From NCBI GenBank assembly GCA_964541255.1, contig CAZIPL010000001.1, positions 2,432 through 66,431 on the forward strand: a stretch of DNA of 64,000 bases. Reading direction: 5' to 3'. The first letter of the stretch is position 1. Each line of letters begins with the position of its first letter. This document shows, piece by piece, positions 34,862-44,040 of the stretch. The stretch comes from an uncultured Clostridia bacterium (GTDB taxonomy: Bacteria; Bacillota; Clostridia; Christensenellales; CAMQZB01). A program made the translations under genes and the position numbers. A model generated the notes under the pieces. That model saw only the letters and a list, made by a program, of their open reading frames with translations, was not told the origin of the DNA and ran no database searches.

Positions 34862-36310
34862 TTAAAAATCGAGATCCTCGATAGATGTATAAACCGCGTC
34901 CCAATCCTCTTTAGTATAGGAATGATTGAGCATTTCGGTTTTCGGAGCCTGTTTTTGTGCGATTTGTTTCTCGCTGTTTTTCTTGATTTCTTCTAAGGTG
35001 TTAAGTCCTTTTTCTCTGAAAGAGTTGAGAAGCTTTGCTAAGTATGCATAAGGGGAGTTTGCGTTTTTGGCAAGGCTAGCCGCATAAACGATAACGTCGT
35101 GTGAGCTTGAGATTGCCTCGAAAGACTTATATTGTCTTCTGTCGAAAGCGTTGACTTTTCTCGAAAGCTCGAGCGCGTCAACCATTTCTTGAACGAGCTT
35201 GTCCTTTTCTGCGACCATAGCGACGTATTCGTCGAAGTCTTTAGAAGTGAATATTCCGAGTTTAGAGAATTTATATACGGTCTCGTCCATTTTGGAAAGA
35301 GTACGCAAATCCGACTTAAAGCAAAACTCGGCAAGCTTTACGAGAAGTTCTTTTTCAAATCCCATTGCTATCCACTTGACGATATACGTACTAATCTCCG
35401 CGTCGAGCGATTCGAGGAATACGCCTAGCGCTTTGTTTATCTCGATGGCGAGATTTTTCATATCCTTCTTTGACTCCAAAAAGTCCGTAATCTCTTTTTC
35501 GGAGAATAGCTTATATGAATACAGCTCGCTCATCAAAAGGTCGAGTTTTTTCAAGGCGTTGTTTTCTTTTTTAACGCCGTTTGCCGCTGCAAGAACGGCT
35601 TTTTTGTCAAAGCCCATCGAAATCCACTTTTTATAGGTGTTGTTATCTTCGATATCGACTTTTTTCTTAAGTCCCAGTTTTTTGATTACGTCTGCAACGT
35701 CGCCCGTTTGCAGGTGGTATGCCGAAAGCTCTTCTTCGACGGCTTTAATCGTCGTGATGTTTTTGTAGGCAAAATTCTTCGCTGTCGTCAGAATATATTT
35801 CAAACCTACCTTTTCGCCTGCGACCTTGACGCAATAAGACGCTATCAAGAGGAACGCTTCGGGCTGAATGTGATATAGCTCGATAACGTTATAGCACTCC
35901 ATAAGCTCGTTAGGCGACATCATGCGATTTGAAAGAATTTTGAAAAGTTCTTTGTTGAATTCGTCGTATTTGCCCGGCTTAATCTTTCTCGGCTTTACGG
36001 GGTTATTCGAAACGGAACGGAAGACGACGGATAGGGGATTTATTCCTGTCAAGTCGCATACGCCCAATGCTTCGAGGTTTTCGAACGCGCGTTTAACTTC
36101 GTCTTGCGAAATACCCAAAGCCGAAGAGAAAGTATTCTCGTCCGCATCGACTCCCGCGTGCGCGAGATAAAGCCCGTAAAGGTAAACCTTCACGTCGTTT
36201 TCGTCCGCGTTTTTGAGGTATTCGCAGATGAATATGTTGTCTACGGCGGTGAAACCGCCCATAAGGTATTCGGGCGAAAGATGCACGATTGATCTCGGAT
36301 TATAGTCCAT
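34862..36310 (-). CDS. DnaD/DnaB(Firmicute)-domain replication initiation / helicase-loading protein
   Basis: N-terminus VDNIFICEYLKNADENDVKVYLYGLYL is typical of DnaD-like domains. Lies directly upstream (3-nt gap) of the loader ATPase, as in Firmicute dnaB-dnaI operons. Confidence 0.6.
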   Translation of the reverse strand: MDYNPRSIVHLSPEYLMGGFTAVDNIFICEYLKNADENDVKVYLYGLYLAHAGVDADENTFSSALGISQDEVKRAFENLEALGVCDLTGINPLSVVFRSVSNNPVKPRKIKPGKYDEFNKELFKILSNRMMSPNELMECYNVIELYHIQPEAFLLIASYCVKVAGEKVGLKYILTTAKNFAYKNITTIKAVEEELSAYHLQTGDVADVIKKLGLKKKVDIEDNNTYKKWISMGFDKKAVLAAANGVKKENNALKKLDLLMSELYSYKLFSEKEITDFLESKKDMKNLAIEINKALGVFLESLDAEISTYIVKWIAMGFEKELLVKLAEFCFKSDLRTLSKMDETVYKFSKLGIFTSKDFDEYVAMVAEKDKLVQEMVDALELSRKVNAFDRRQYKSFEAISSSHDVIVYAASLAKNANSPYAYLAKLLNSFREKGLNTLEEIKKNSEKQIAQKQAPKTEMLNHSYTKEDWDAVYTSIEDLDF

Positions 36311-36480
36311 TTACTTCCTCTTACAAAAAAAAGATTGAAAATTCCAATAAATTGTGCTATAATACCCTTTATCAGGGAAATAAGCATACTTTGGTATTGC
36401 GTTTTGCGATTTTCGCATAAACATAATACCATACAAAATGGGGGAAAATCAATATAATTTTCCCCGTTGAGGAAAATTTT

Positions 36481-38169
36481 ATGGCAAACATTATATCACC
36501 CGAAGAACTATGGAGCAACGAAACGCTACCCGAAGAACTTGACGCCGAAATACGCGCGACTAAAAAAGCGGGCGGCAATGTTTATTGCGACGTATATTTC
36601 AACGGAAGAAAATGCGGAGACGAAGTGACGAGAATATACGGCGTTTTGGCTTATCCCGAGGGGAAAGAGCATTTGCCCGTCGTTTTGCTTGTTCACGACA
36701 CCGATTCGTCCGTCGATCAATCGTACATCGATTACTTCCTATCGATGAATTTTGCCGTCTTTATGTGCGATATGTACGGCAAAGCCGAGAACAGAAAGTA
36801 TACTTATTATCCAGATGCGCTTTTTTATGCCAACAGAATCGAGAACGAGACTTCTTCGATAAGAACGGTTGTCGATTCGCCCAAAAAGACAATGGTCTTC
36901 GAATGGACTTACGTTCAGCGTTTTGCGATAAAGTTTTTGAAGTCGACTCCCGAGGTTGACGGAAGCAAAATCGCCGCCGTCGGAATAAGGGACGGTTCGG
37001 AGATAGTATGGCAGCTTTCCTACTTAGAGCCAGAGCTTTCGTGTGCCGCAGCGCTTTTTTATGCTGGGTGGGGTGAACTTGGCAGAAGTTATAAAAACGA
37101 CGGAAACAAGCAAAGTGAAATAACGAACGAGCTTGCCGCATACGTAGCTTCCTTATCGCCGCAAAGCTATGCGCCGATAATAAAAACTCCTATGATATAT
37201 ATAACCGCCTCGAACAGCGAGGAGGCAAACATTGACAGAGCGCTCGACACTATGGCAAGGATAAACGGCGAAGTGCAGTCGCTTACGTATATTTCGCCAA
37301 ACACTATCGACAGCATAGATTATCTCGGAACGAGGGATTTGAAGCTTTGGCTTTGCGAGCATCTTCTCGACGCGAACATCGTTCTTCCCGATAAGCCGAT
37401 GTTGTCGCTCGAAAACTTTTCAAACAAACTTTTGGCAAAGTGCGTCGTAGACGATCCGCTTACCGTCAAAAACGTCACGCTGTATTATGCCGAGGGTAGC
37501 TTTATTCCCTCCCGTCGTTGCTATACCGCAAGACCGCTTTCTCTGTCGGGCGGCGGAGATTACGTAGGAAGCGTTGATATAGCGAATTCCGAGTCTTTCC
37601 TATATGCCTTTGTCAACGTAGAGTTCGTTACGGGTTATACGATAACGTCGAATTTAGCCAATGTTCATCTTTCCGAAATGGGCTTTAGCAAAGAGCCGAC
37701 TCGCGAAAAACTCATATATAACGGTCTTATGGAAGAAGACGCTTTCTATGCGATTCCCTCTCCTTGCGATAAGAGCGCAAAAGGCACGTTCGTAGATAAA
37801 AAATCTATTTTCGTCAAAGAGGGCGCGGGCGGCATAGAGGGTATTTCGAGCGCGTTGTGCCTTTCGACATTCAAGCTTTCAAACCCCGCTTTTTGCGGCG
37901 ACGGCGACGAGCTTTTGGTGTTTGATGTATGTACCGAAAACGTTATGTCGATAACTATATCGGCATATTGCGCTTTGGGAAGCGAGGGAAGAGACGTCCA
38001 TAAAGCAACGATTGCAACTGTCGGAGGCCCTTTATGGCAAAACTTCAAGCTTCAAAAGTCCGATTTCAAGGACGAAACGAATAAGCCGCTTTCCGATTGG
38101 AAAGATATCAACCTCGTATGCTTCGAGGGGGACGGCGAGTTTATCGTGAACAACATTTTGTGGATTTGA
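36481..38169 (+). CDS. Alpha/beta-hydrolase-like (acetyl-xylan-esterase/dienelactone-hydrolase-like) N-terminal domain plus C-terminal beta-sandwich-like domains; no GxSxG found
   Basis: LPVVLLVHDTDSS and a KIAAVGIRDGSEI elbow-like segment. 562 aa, no signal peptide. Confidence 0.4.
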   Translation: MANIISPEELWSNETLPEELDAEIRATKKAGGNVYCDVYFNGRKCGDEVTRIYGVLAYPEGKEHLPVVLLVHDTDSSVDQSYIDYFLSMNFAVFMCDMYGKAENRKYTYYPDALFYANRIENETSSIRTVVDSPKKTMVFEWTYVQRFAIKFLKSTPEVDGSKIAAVGIRDGSEIVWQLSYLEPELSCAAALFYAGWGELGRSYKNDGNKQSEITNELAAYVASLSPQSYAPIIKTPMIYITASNSEEANIDRALDTMARINGEVQSLTYISPNTIDSIDYLGTRDLKLWLCEHLLDANIVLPDKPMLSLENFSNKLLAKCVVDDPLTVKNVTLYYAEGSFIPSRRCYTARPLSLSGGGDYVGSVDIANSESFLYAFVNVEFVTGYTITSNLANVHLSEMGFSKEPTREKLIYNGLMEEDAFYAIPSPCDKSAKGTFVDKKSIFVKEGAGGIEGISSALCLSTFKLSNPAFCGDGDELLVFDVCTENVMSITISAYCALGSEGRDVHKATIATVGGPLWQNFKLQKSDFKDETNKPLSDWKDINLVCFEGDGEFIVNNILWI

Positions 38170-38175
38170 ACATAA

Positions 38176-38718
38176 ATGACAGAACAAAAAGACGATAACA
38201 AAATAAATAATAATACAAAAAAAGAACGGCTTTTGAATATCGCGATAGCCGTTCTTTCGGCATTACTCGTTTTGGTTGTCGTATATTCGCTTTTTTTCGA
38301 CACGGTAAGGGTTTTGCAAACGAGTATGCTCCCGACGATAGAAAGCGGATCTTATGTTTTTATAAGAAAAACGCATGATGTTAAGCGCGGCGATATAGTC
38401 GTTTTCAAGGACGATTCGATAGAAAAGAACATGCTGATAAAGCGCGTCGTCGCAATAGGCGGCGATACTATTTCGATTGCCGAAGACGGAATTTTGAGGA
38501 TAAAATATATCGACGAAAAGGGAGAAGAGGCTTTAATCGAATATGACGAGCCGTATATAAAAGACGGCGAAAATATAATAATTCCCGAAACGTATATTCC
38601 GATAGGGTATGTCTATCTTCTCGGCGACAACAGAATCGTGTCCCTCGATTCGAGCGAGTTCGGCGCTGTTCTTCAAAACAAAATAATAGGCAAAATGCTT
38701 TTTGTCTTCGGTAAATAA
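38176..38718 (+). CDS. lepB: Signal peptidase I
   Basis: N-terminal TM, catalytic SMLPTI, LIKRVVAIGGD, LLGDNRIVSLDS. Confidence 0.85.
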   Translation: MTEQKDDNKINNNTKKERLLNIAIAVLSALLVLVVVYSLFFDTVRVLQTSMLPTIESGSYVFIRKTHDVKRGDIVVFKDDSIEKNMLIKRVVAIGGDTISIAEDGILRIKYIDEKGEEALIEYDEPYIKDGENIIIPETYIPIGYVYLLGDNRIVSLDSSEFGAVLQNKIIGKMLFVFGK

Positions 38719-38825
38719 AGATAAGTCAATCCGAAAACGGTTAGTTTAATGATTTTTATCGGTTCGTTTGGATTATTTGTATGAATACTCATATGTACTT
38801 CGATTATATTGAGGTACTTTTTAAT

Positions 38826-38857
38826 ATAAAAAGTTCGGAAGAAAAAACTTCCGAACA
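38826..38857 (-). terminator. Intrinsic terminator for the DUF1540 gene
   Basis: gttcggaag / cttccgaac stem. The T-run is on the minus strand (reverse complement of ataaaaa at 38826-38832). Confidence 0.7.
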
Positions 38858-38901
38858 AAGCAATAAAAAATCAACAAAAGAGTTTTTCAAAAAATCTAAC
38901 C

Positions 38902-39045
38902 TTAGATTTCTTCGTAATCGTCGCAATAATGCGCGGTTTTTTCTTTTTTGCAGTTAGTGATTTTAATGCAATCCTTAGTGCATCTACAGCCTTTTTCGTT
39001 AAACTTGCATGATTCCACGCAACAGCTCAATTTGTTTTTGTCCAT
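38902..39045 (-). CDS. DUF1540-like small cysteine-rich protein (47 aa)
   Basis: ATG 39045 follows aaaaggaga. [47 protein letters not shown]. The longer 105-aa ORF in the track is an upstream extension without an RBS. Confidence 0.7.
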   Translation of the reverse strand: MDKNKLSCCVESCKFNEKGCRCTKDCIKITNCKKEKTAHYCDDYEEI

Positions 39046-39163
39046 TTTATTCTCCTTTTGGGTTTTGATAGTATTATGCGCGAAAGAAAAGAATAATATA
39101 CCGAAAAACAATTTGACAAAAATATGCAATAACGATAAAATTAAATCAAAAAGGAGTGAGATT

Positions 39164-39607
39164 ATGAAAGTTATTCTTCTTAAAGATGTAAAAGCTCTCG
39201 GAAAAGCCGAAGAGGTCAAGGAAGTAAGCGACGGCTACGCAAGAAACTATCTTTTCAAAAACGGTCTTGCAAAGGAAGCTACGTCGGAGGGTATCAATTC
39301 CATTCGTATAAAGAAAGAAACGGAAGCATATAAGGACGCCGAAAAGAAGCGTATTGCGAAAGAAAACAGAGATAAGATAAACGGCATTACGGTTGAAGTA
39401 TCGGTTAAGTGCGGCGAAAAGGGCAAGGTATTCGGCTCCGTAACGTCGCAAGCCATTGCCGATGCGATAAATAAATGTGGTTTTGAAATCGACAAAAAGA
39501 TGCTCGTAATCAAAGAGGCTATCAAAAACGTAGGCGTATACGACGTCGAAGTGAAGTTTATGCCCGACGTTTCCGCAAAGATTAAGGTTGACGTCAAACC
39601 TCTTTAA
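39164..39607 (+). CDS. rplI: 50S ribosomal protein L9
   Basis: ATG 39164 follows aaaggag. [30 protein letters not shown]; 147 aa. Confidence 0.95.
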   Translation: MKVILLKDVKALGKAEEVKEVSDGYARNYLFKNGLAKEATSEGINSIRIKKETEAYKDAEKKRIAKENRDKINGITVEVSVKCGEKGKVFGSVTSQAIADAINKCGFEIDKKMLVIKEAIKNVGVYDVEVKFMPDVSAKIKVDVKPL

Positions 39608-39646
39608 TCGATGAAGAAAAGCGTAAAAACCAAAGGATTTGAAAGT

Positions 39647-40441
39647 ATGGAAGAGGGAAAGATATATAAAATCGCACTTTTGATAGATGCCGAGAACGTA
39701 TCGCAAAGCTATATGAAGTCGATATTCGACGAGCTTGCGAAATACGGCGACGTAACGTTTAAACGCATATACGGCGACTGGACGAACCAGAGTATGTCGA
39801 GGTGGAAAACACCCATTTCGGAATACGCGCTAATGCCCGTTCAGCAGTTCCAGAATACGACGAGCAAGAACTCTTCCGATTCTGCGCTTATCATCGACGC
39901 GATGGATATTTTATATTCCGATTCCGTAAATTGCTTTTGCATAGTGTCGTCGGACAGCGATTTCACTCGTTTGATAACGAGAATGCGCGAGGACGGAAAT
40001 TATGTTATCGGTATGGGTGAAAAGAAAGCTCCAAAGCCTCTTGTCAGAGTTTGCGATAAGTTTGTTTACCTTGACGTGATTTCGGGCGATGACGACGAAA
40101 AGAACGACAAAAAGAGCGATAAGAACGTAAAATCGTCATCCAAGCAAACGACTAACGGCGGAGCTAAAACTCGAAACGTCAACAGAAAAACAAGAGCGCT
40201 CGAACACGATAAGATCGATGCCGCAATGAAGATTATAGACGAAATTTCCGGCGACGACGGATATGCGAACTTCTCGGAGGTTTATAACCGCTTGACCAAG
40301 CTGTATTCCGATATGGACGCGGCGAACTACGGCTATGCGAAAGCATCCGATTTGTTTGCGGCTTGCGATGCGTTTATACTCAAAAAAGAATCCTCTAAGG
40401 GGAATAAGGCTTTCCACGTTCTTATAAGAGTAAACGAATGA
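39647..40441 (+). CDS. NYN-domain (LabA/DUF88, PIN-like) protein with C-terminal OST-HTH/LOTUS-like domain
   Basis: KIALLIDAENVS, GDW, SSDSALIIDAMDILY, FCIVSSDSDFTRLITRMRE. C-terminal ~70 aa ...DDGYANFSEVYNRLTKLYSDMDAANYGYAKASDLF. ATG 39611 is an alternative start. Confidence 0.75.
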   Translation: MEEGKIYKIALLIDAENVSQSYMKSIFDELAKYGDVTFKRIYGDWTNQSMSRWKTPISEYALMPVQQFQNTTSKNSSDSALIIDAMDILYSDSVNCFCIVSSDSDFTRLITRMREDGNYVIGMGEKKAPKPLVRVCDKFVYLDVISGDDDEKNDKKSDKNVKSSSKQTTNGGAKTRNVNRKTRALEHDKIDAAMKIIDEISGDDGYANFSEVYNRLTKLYSDMDAANYGYAKASDLFAACDAFILKKESSKGNKAFHVLIRVNE

Positions 40442-40452
40442 GGTGAAAATAT

Positions 40453-40617
40453 ATGAATAAGCTCGAAGCGTTGCGCTTATCCGAAACGTTGGATGAAGAC
40501 GGCATTTCGGAGGAGGAAATGCGGGAAGATTACGAAAACAACCGCAAGAAAGATTACAGAGAAAAATACAAGGAATTCTATTCCGACATAAAACTTTCCG
40601 TCAAGGAAGATTGGTAA
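40453..40617 (+). CDS. Candidate small acidic protein (54 aa), below the ORF-track cutoff
   Basis: gaggtg RBS + 7 nt + ATG, starting 11 nt after the NYN stop. MNKLEALRLSETLDEDGISEEEMREDYENNRKKDYREKYKEFYSDIKLSVKEDW. Followed by the 40643-40674 terminator. Confidence 0.5.
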   Translation: MNKLEALRLSETLDEDGISEEEMREDYENNRKKDYREKYKEFYSDIKLSVKEDW

Positions 40618-40642
40618 ATTATTTTTAATAAATAACAACAAA

Positions 40643-40674
40643 AAGGCAAGACTTTTCGGTCTTGCCTTAATTTG
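40643..40674 (+). terminator. Intrinsic terminator
   Basis: aaggcaagac / gtcttgcctt stem with a 6-nt loop. Confidence 0.7.
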
Positions 40675-40819
40675 TAATATGGAAGTTGTGGCGGCTTCAA
40701 AAGTGCAGAAGCTTTGTCGCATTTCGAGCGTTATTTGCATACGATTGTGTTGTTGCAAAAGCGAAGCGTTTTGCGATTTTGCTTAACAGAAAATTGTCAA
40801 TAAATACTTTTGCCGATAA

Positions 40820-41929
40820 TTATTCGAATAACTTTTTAACGTCGTTTAAGTATTCTCTTATCGGGAGCTTTTGCGGGCAAACGCCTTCGCACTTTCCGCA
40901 CGAAATGCAAGAAGACGCCTTACCGCCGTTATGGGTGACGTAAGAATATCTTCCTTTCGCTATTTCGACGTTGGGGAAAGCGACGTTTTCGTTAAATACC
41001 TTGAATAAACTCGGGATGGAGATTTTTTGCGGACAGCCGTCTACGCAATATTTGCAAGCGGTGCAGGGGATTGTCTTTATAGAAAGAAGTTTTTTTGCAA
41101 CGTTAGAGTAAACTTTTCTTTCGCTATCCGTCAAAGGCGAGAGGTTTTCAAAAGTATCGATGTTTTCTACCACTTGCGCCATGGTTGACATACCCGACAA
41201 AACGGTCAATATGCCGTCAAGCGTTGCGACGTAGCGAAGTGCTTTTGCAGCTGCGGAAGTGTTTTTGCCGACGTCGCCAAAAAGCGAATTAGCTTCATCG
41301 TTGATGTTCGCCAAAAGTCCGCCTTTGACAGGTTCCATAACGATGATTTGTTTGTTATGTTTGCGAGCTACTTCATAGCATTTTCTCGATTGAATGCTTT
41401 CGTGTTCCCAGTCTATATAATTAAGTTGCAACTGAACGAAGTCCACGTTGTCGTGTTTAGTCAAAATGTCGTCGAGAACGTCTGCCGTGTCGTGGAAAGA
41501 GAATCCGAAGTTTTTGATGATTCCTTTCTTTTTCAAATCCTCGCAAAACTCCCACGCGCCGTATTCTTCGTATTTAGCTATGCTTTCGCCGTCGATCGCG
41601 TGGAGAAGATAAAAGTCGAAATAATCTAATCCCGTTCTTGAAAGCTGCTCGTCGAAGATGCGTTGACAATCGTCTTTGGAACTCATTTCCCAAGAGGGAA
41701 GCTTTGTCGCGACGTAAAACTCATTGCGATCGTGCCTATTCGTCAAAACGGTCTTTACGCATTCTTCCGAAAGTCCGTTGTCGTAAACATAAGCGGTATC
41801 GAAATATTTATATCCGTTTGCGATTGCGTAATCGACCATTTCGCAAACCTTTTCGATGTCTTCTTTTCCGTCTTCGGTTTTTGGCAGTCTCATAAGTCCG
41901 AAGCCGAGCTTTTTGATGTCGTCGTACAT
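40820..41929 (-). CDS. Aldo/keto reductase fused to a C-terminal 2x[4Fe-4S] ferredoxin-type domain
   Basis: LGFGLMRLP, YFDTAYVY, CTACKYCVDGCPQKI, CISCGKCEGVCPQKL. ATG 41929 is preferred over TTG 41959. Confidence 0.8.
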   Translation of the reverse strand: MYDDIKKLGFGLMRLPKTEDGKEDIEKVCEMVDYAIANGYKYFDTAYVYDNGLSEECVKTVLTNRHDRNEFYVATKLPSWEMSSKDDCQRIFDEQLSRTGLDYFDFYLLHAIDGESIAKYEEYGAWEFCEDLKKKGIIKNFGFSFHDTADVLDDILTKHDNVDFVQLQLNYIDWEHESIQSRKCYEVARKHNKQIIVMEPVKGGLLANINDEANSLFGDVGKNTSAAAKALRYVATLDGILTVLSGMSTMAQVVENIDTFENLSPLTDSERKVYSNVAKKLLSIKTIPCTACKYCVDGCPQKISIPSLFKVFNENVAFPNVEIAKGRYSYVTHNGGKASSCISCGKCEGVCPQKLPIREYLNDVKKLFE

Positions 41930-42171
41930 AAAATAACCGTCCTTATATATTTTTGGCAAATTATAATTATCGCCTTTTTCGGAATGCTTATTAAGTCAAA
42001 AAATTAAAACTAAAGCATATTTTGGATTATATCACAAAAATCGCATAAAAACAATACGTTTTGCAATACTTTCGTCTTGAGATTTTGCTTGATTGAATAT
42101 CGAATTCGTGATATGATAAAATAAATACTTTGTAAATACGAAACATAAAACAAAAAGCTATGAGGTACTGC

Positions 42172-43692
42172 ATGGAAAAAACGTTGGAAGAGTTGCTCTA
42201 TTACGGAGAATATCATTTGGGCTTAGAAAAACGCGACGAAAACTACGTAAGAAATCTTCTTATGGAAAAGCTTTCGCTTAACAATAAATACGACGGCGAG
42301 ATAGATAAGGCTTTCATTGAAAAAATGACCGTTCCCGACTACTTCACCGAAAAGCTCACTGCGTATGTCAAAGAAAAAGCTCTTTGCGACGAAAGTTTGG
42401 CGCAAAACTATGTATGCGGAATCTTCGGTGCGATAACGCCCGTTCCGTCGGCGGTAGAAAAACGCTTTTACGAGCTTTACGAAAGCGATAAGGCTTCGGC
42501 TTTTTCCTATCTATTCGATTTGTCGATAAAGAACAACTACGTTCAGAAGACTGCGGTAGATAAGAATATCGGTTGGCGTGCGGATTTTGCAGAGAACTAT
42601 CTTGAAATTACGATAAATCTAAGTAAGCCCGAACTTAACAACAAAGACATCGCTAAAAAGCTCAACGACAGTGGCAATACGGCGTATCCCAAGTGCGCTC
42701 TTTGTGTTGAAAACGAGGGCTTTGTCGGAACTGCGACGAAAGCTCCGCGACAGAATATAAGAACGATCGGAATAAAACTTAACGGTGAGGACTGGATACT
42801 TCAATATTCTCCTTATCAATATTACAGCGAGCATTGCATCGCGATAAACACCGAGCATACCTATATGAAAGTAGACGGCGGAACGTTCGAAAAACTCTTC
42901 GATTTCGTCGATTTCTATCCCGACTATTTTGTCGGAAGCAACGCGCCGTTGCCGATAGTAGGCGGAAGCATATTGAATCACGAGCATTATCAAGGCGGCG
43001 GACACTTGATGCCGCTTCACTTTGCAAAGCCGAGATTATCTTATCAAATCGACGGATACGGAGACGTAGACGTTTCGATTACGGATTGGTATAACTCCGT
43101 AATACACTTAGAGGGGAAAGATCGAAAAGAAGTTTCCCGCCTTGCGCTTTATGTTTTGAAAAACTACGAAAGCTATTCCGACGAAAGCGTAAACTTAATT
43201 GCGGAAACGACGGCGAAGCATAACACCGTAACGCCTATTGCGAGAAAGAGCGGAGATAAATATATTCTCGACCTTATTTTGAGAAACAACCGTTGCGACG
43301 AAAAGTATCCCGAGGGTATCTTCCACGCACATCCGCAATATCACAATATCAAAAAAGAGGGAATAGGTCTTATCGAAGCAATGGGACTTTTCATACTTCC
43401 CGCAAGACTTTCGAGGCAAATGAAAGAGATAAGAAAGTTCTTGACGGGCGAAAAGCCGTATGAATACGCAAAACTACCCGACGATATGAAAGTACATTCG
43501 GGTATGATTGAAAGACTTTTGTTCGAAAACGGCAACTCCCTTTCCATTGATAGTGCGAAAAAGATCGTTACGGAATACGTAAACGCAACTTGCAGAAATA
43601 TTCTAATAAACACCGCAGTCTTTAAGCCCGACGAAAAAGGCATCTCCGCATTCAAACGCTTTATGTCAACGATGGGCTTTACCGAAAAATAA
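42172..43692 (+). CDS. galT: UDP-glucose--hexose-1-phosphate uridylyltransferase (Firmicute type-2 GalT)
   Basis: ATG 42172 follows gaggt. GGSILNHEHYQGG; ~500 aa. Confidence 0.85.
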   Translation: MEKTLEELLYYGEYHLGLEKRDENYVRNLLMEKLSLNNKYDGEIDKAFIEKMTVPDYFTEKLTAYVKEKALCDESLAQNYVCGIFGAITPVPSAVEKRFYELYESDKASAFSYLFDLSIKNNYVQKTAVDKNIGWRADFAENYLEITINLSKPELNNKDIAKKLNDSGNTAYPKCALCVENEGFVGTATKAPRQNIRTIGIKLNGEDWILQYSPYQYYSEHCIAINTEHTYMKVDGGTFEKLFDFVDFYPDYFVGSNAPLPIVGGSILNHEHYQGGGHLMPLHFAKPRLSYQIDGYGDVDVSITDWYNSVIHLEGKDRKEVSRLALYVLKNYESYSDESVNLIAETTAKHNTVTPIARKSGDKYILDLILRNNRCDEKYPEGIFHAHPQYHNIKKEGIGLIEAMGLFILPARLSRQMKEIRKFLTGEKPYEYAKLPDDMKVHSGMIERLLFENGNSLSIDSAKKIVTEYVNATCRNILINTAVFKPDEKGISAFKRFMSTMGFTEK

Positions 43693-43846
43693 GAAAAGAA
43701 GTAGTAAATGGAGTGGTTTGATTGTTACGTGAAAGTGTTGCTTTGAACATAATAGTAAGCTTTTTACGTTTATAAAATGCAATGTATTACCTATTAATAG
43801 TAAATACAACTTTTGCTGCCATATAATAATAACAAAATAAATGATT

Positions 43847-43872
43847 AAGCGAGAGTAATCTCGCTTTTTTCT
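43847..43872 (+). terminator. Intrinsic terminator after galT
   Basis: aagcgaga gtaa tctcgctt + ttttt. Confidence 0.8.
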
Positions 43873-44040
43873 TATAATAAAAACCTCCTCGTTTTTCCGC
43901 TACTAATCGATTGAGAGATTTTGATTGCTTGCCGATTTTTATTGAAATTTTTCTTTAGCGAAGTGATTTAGTTGCCAAACAAATATCAATGTGTTAAAAT
44001 TACTTAATATTGAAAGTCAACTATAAGCGGAGGAAGTATA

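Noticed and set aside
33911-36310. Prophage or ICE call around the DnaD/DnaI genes, tRNA-Thr and the IS
   Set aside because: There are no integrase, excisionase, repressor, structural or conjugation genes nearby. The neighbouring genes (hydrolase-like, lepB, rplI) look chromosomal.
43693-44040. T-box riboswitch upstream of aspS
   Set aside because: I found no T-box consensus (AAUUAGGGUGGUACCGCG-like), specifier-loop stem or terminator/antiterminator pair by eye. Only the galT terminator and a promoter-like TTGCCA-17-TAAAAT are visible. This should be confirmed with Infernal.
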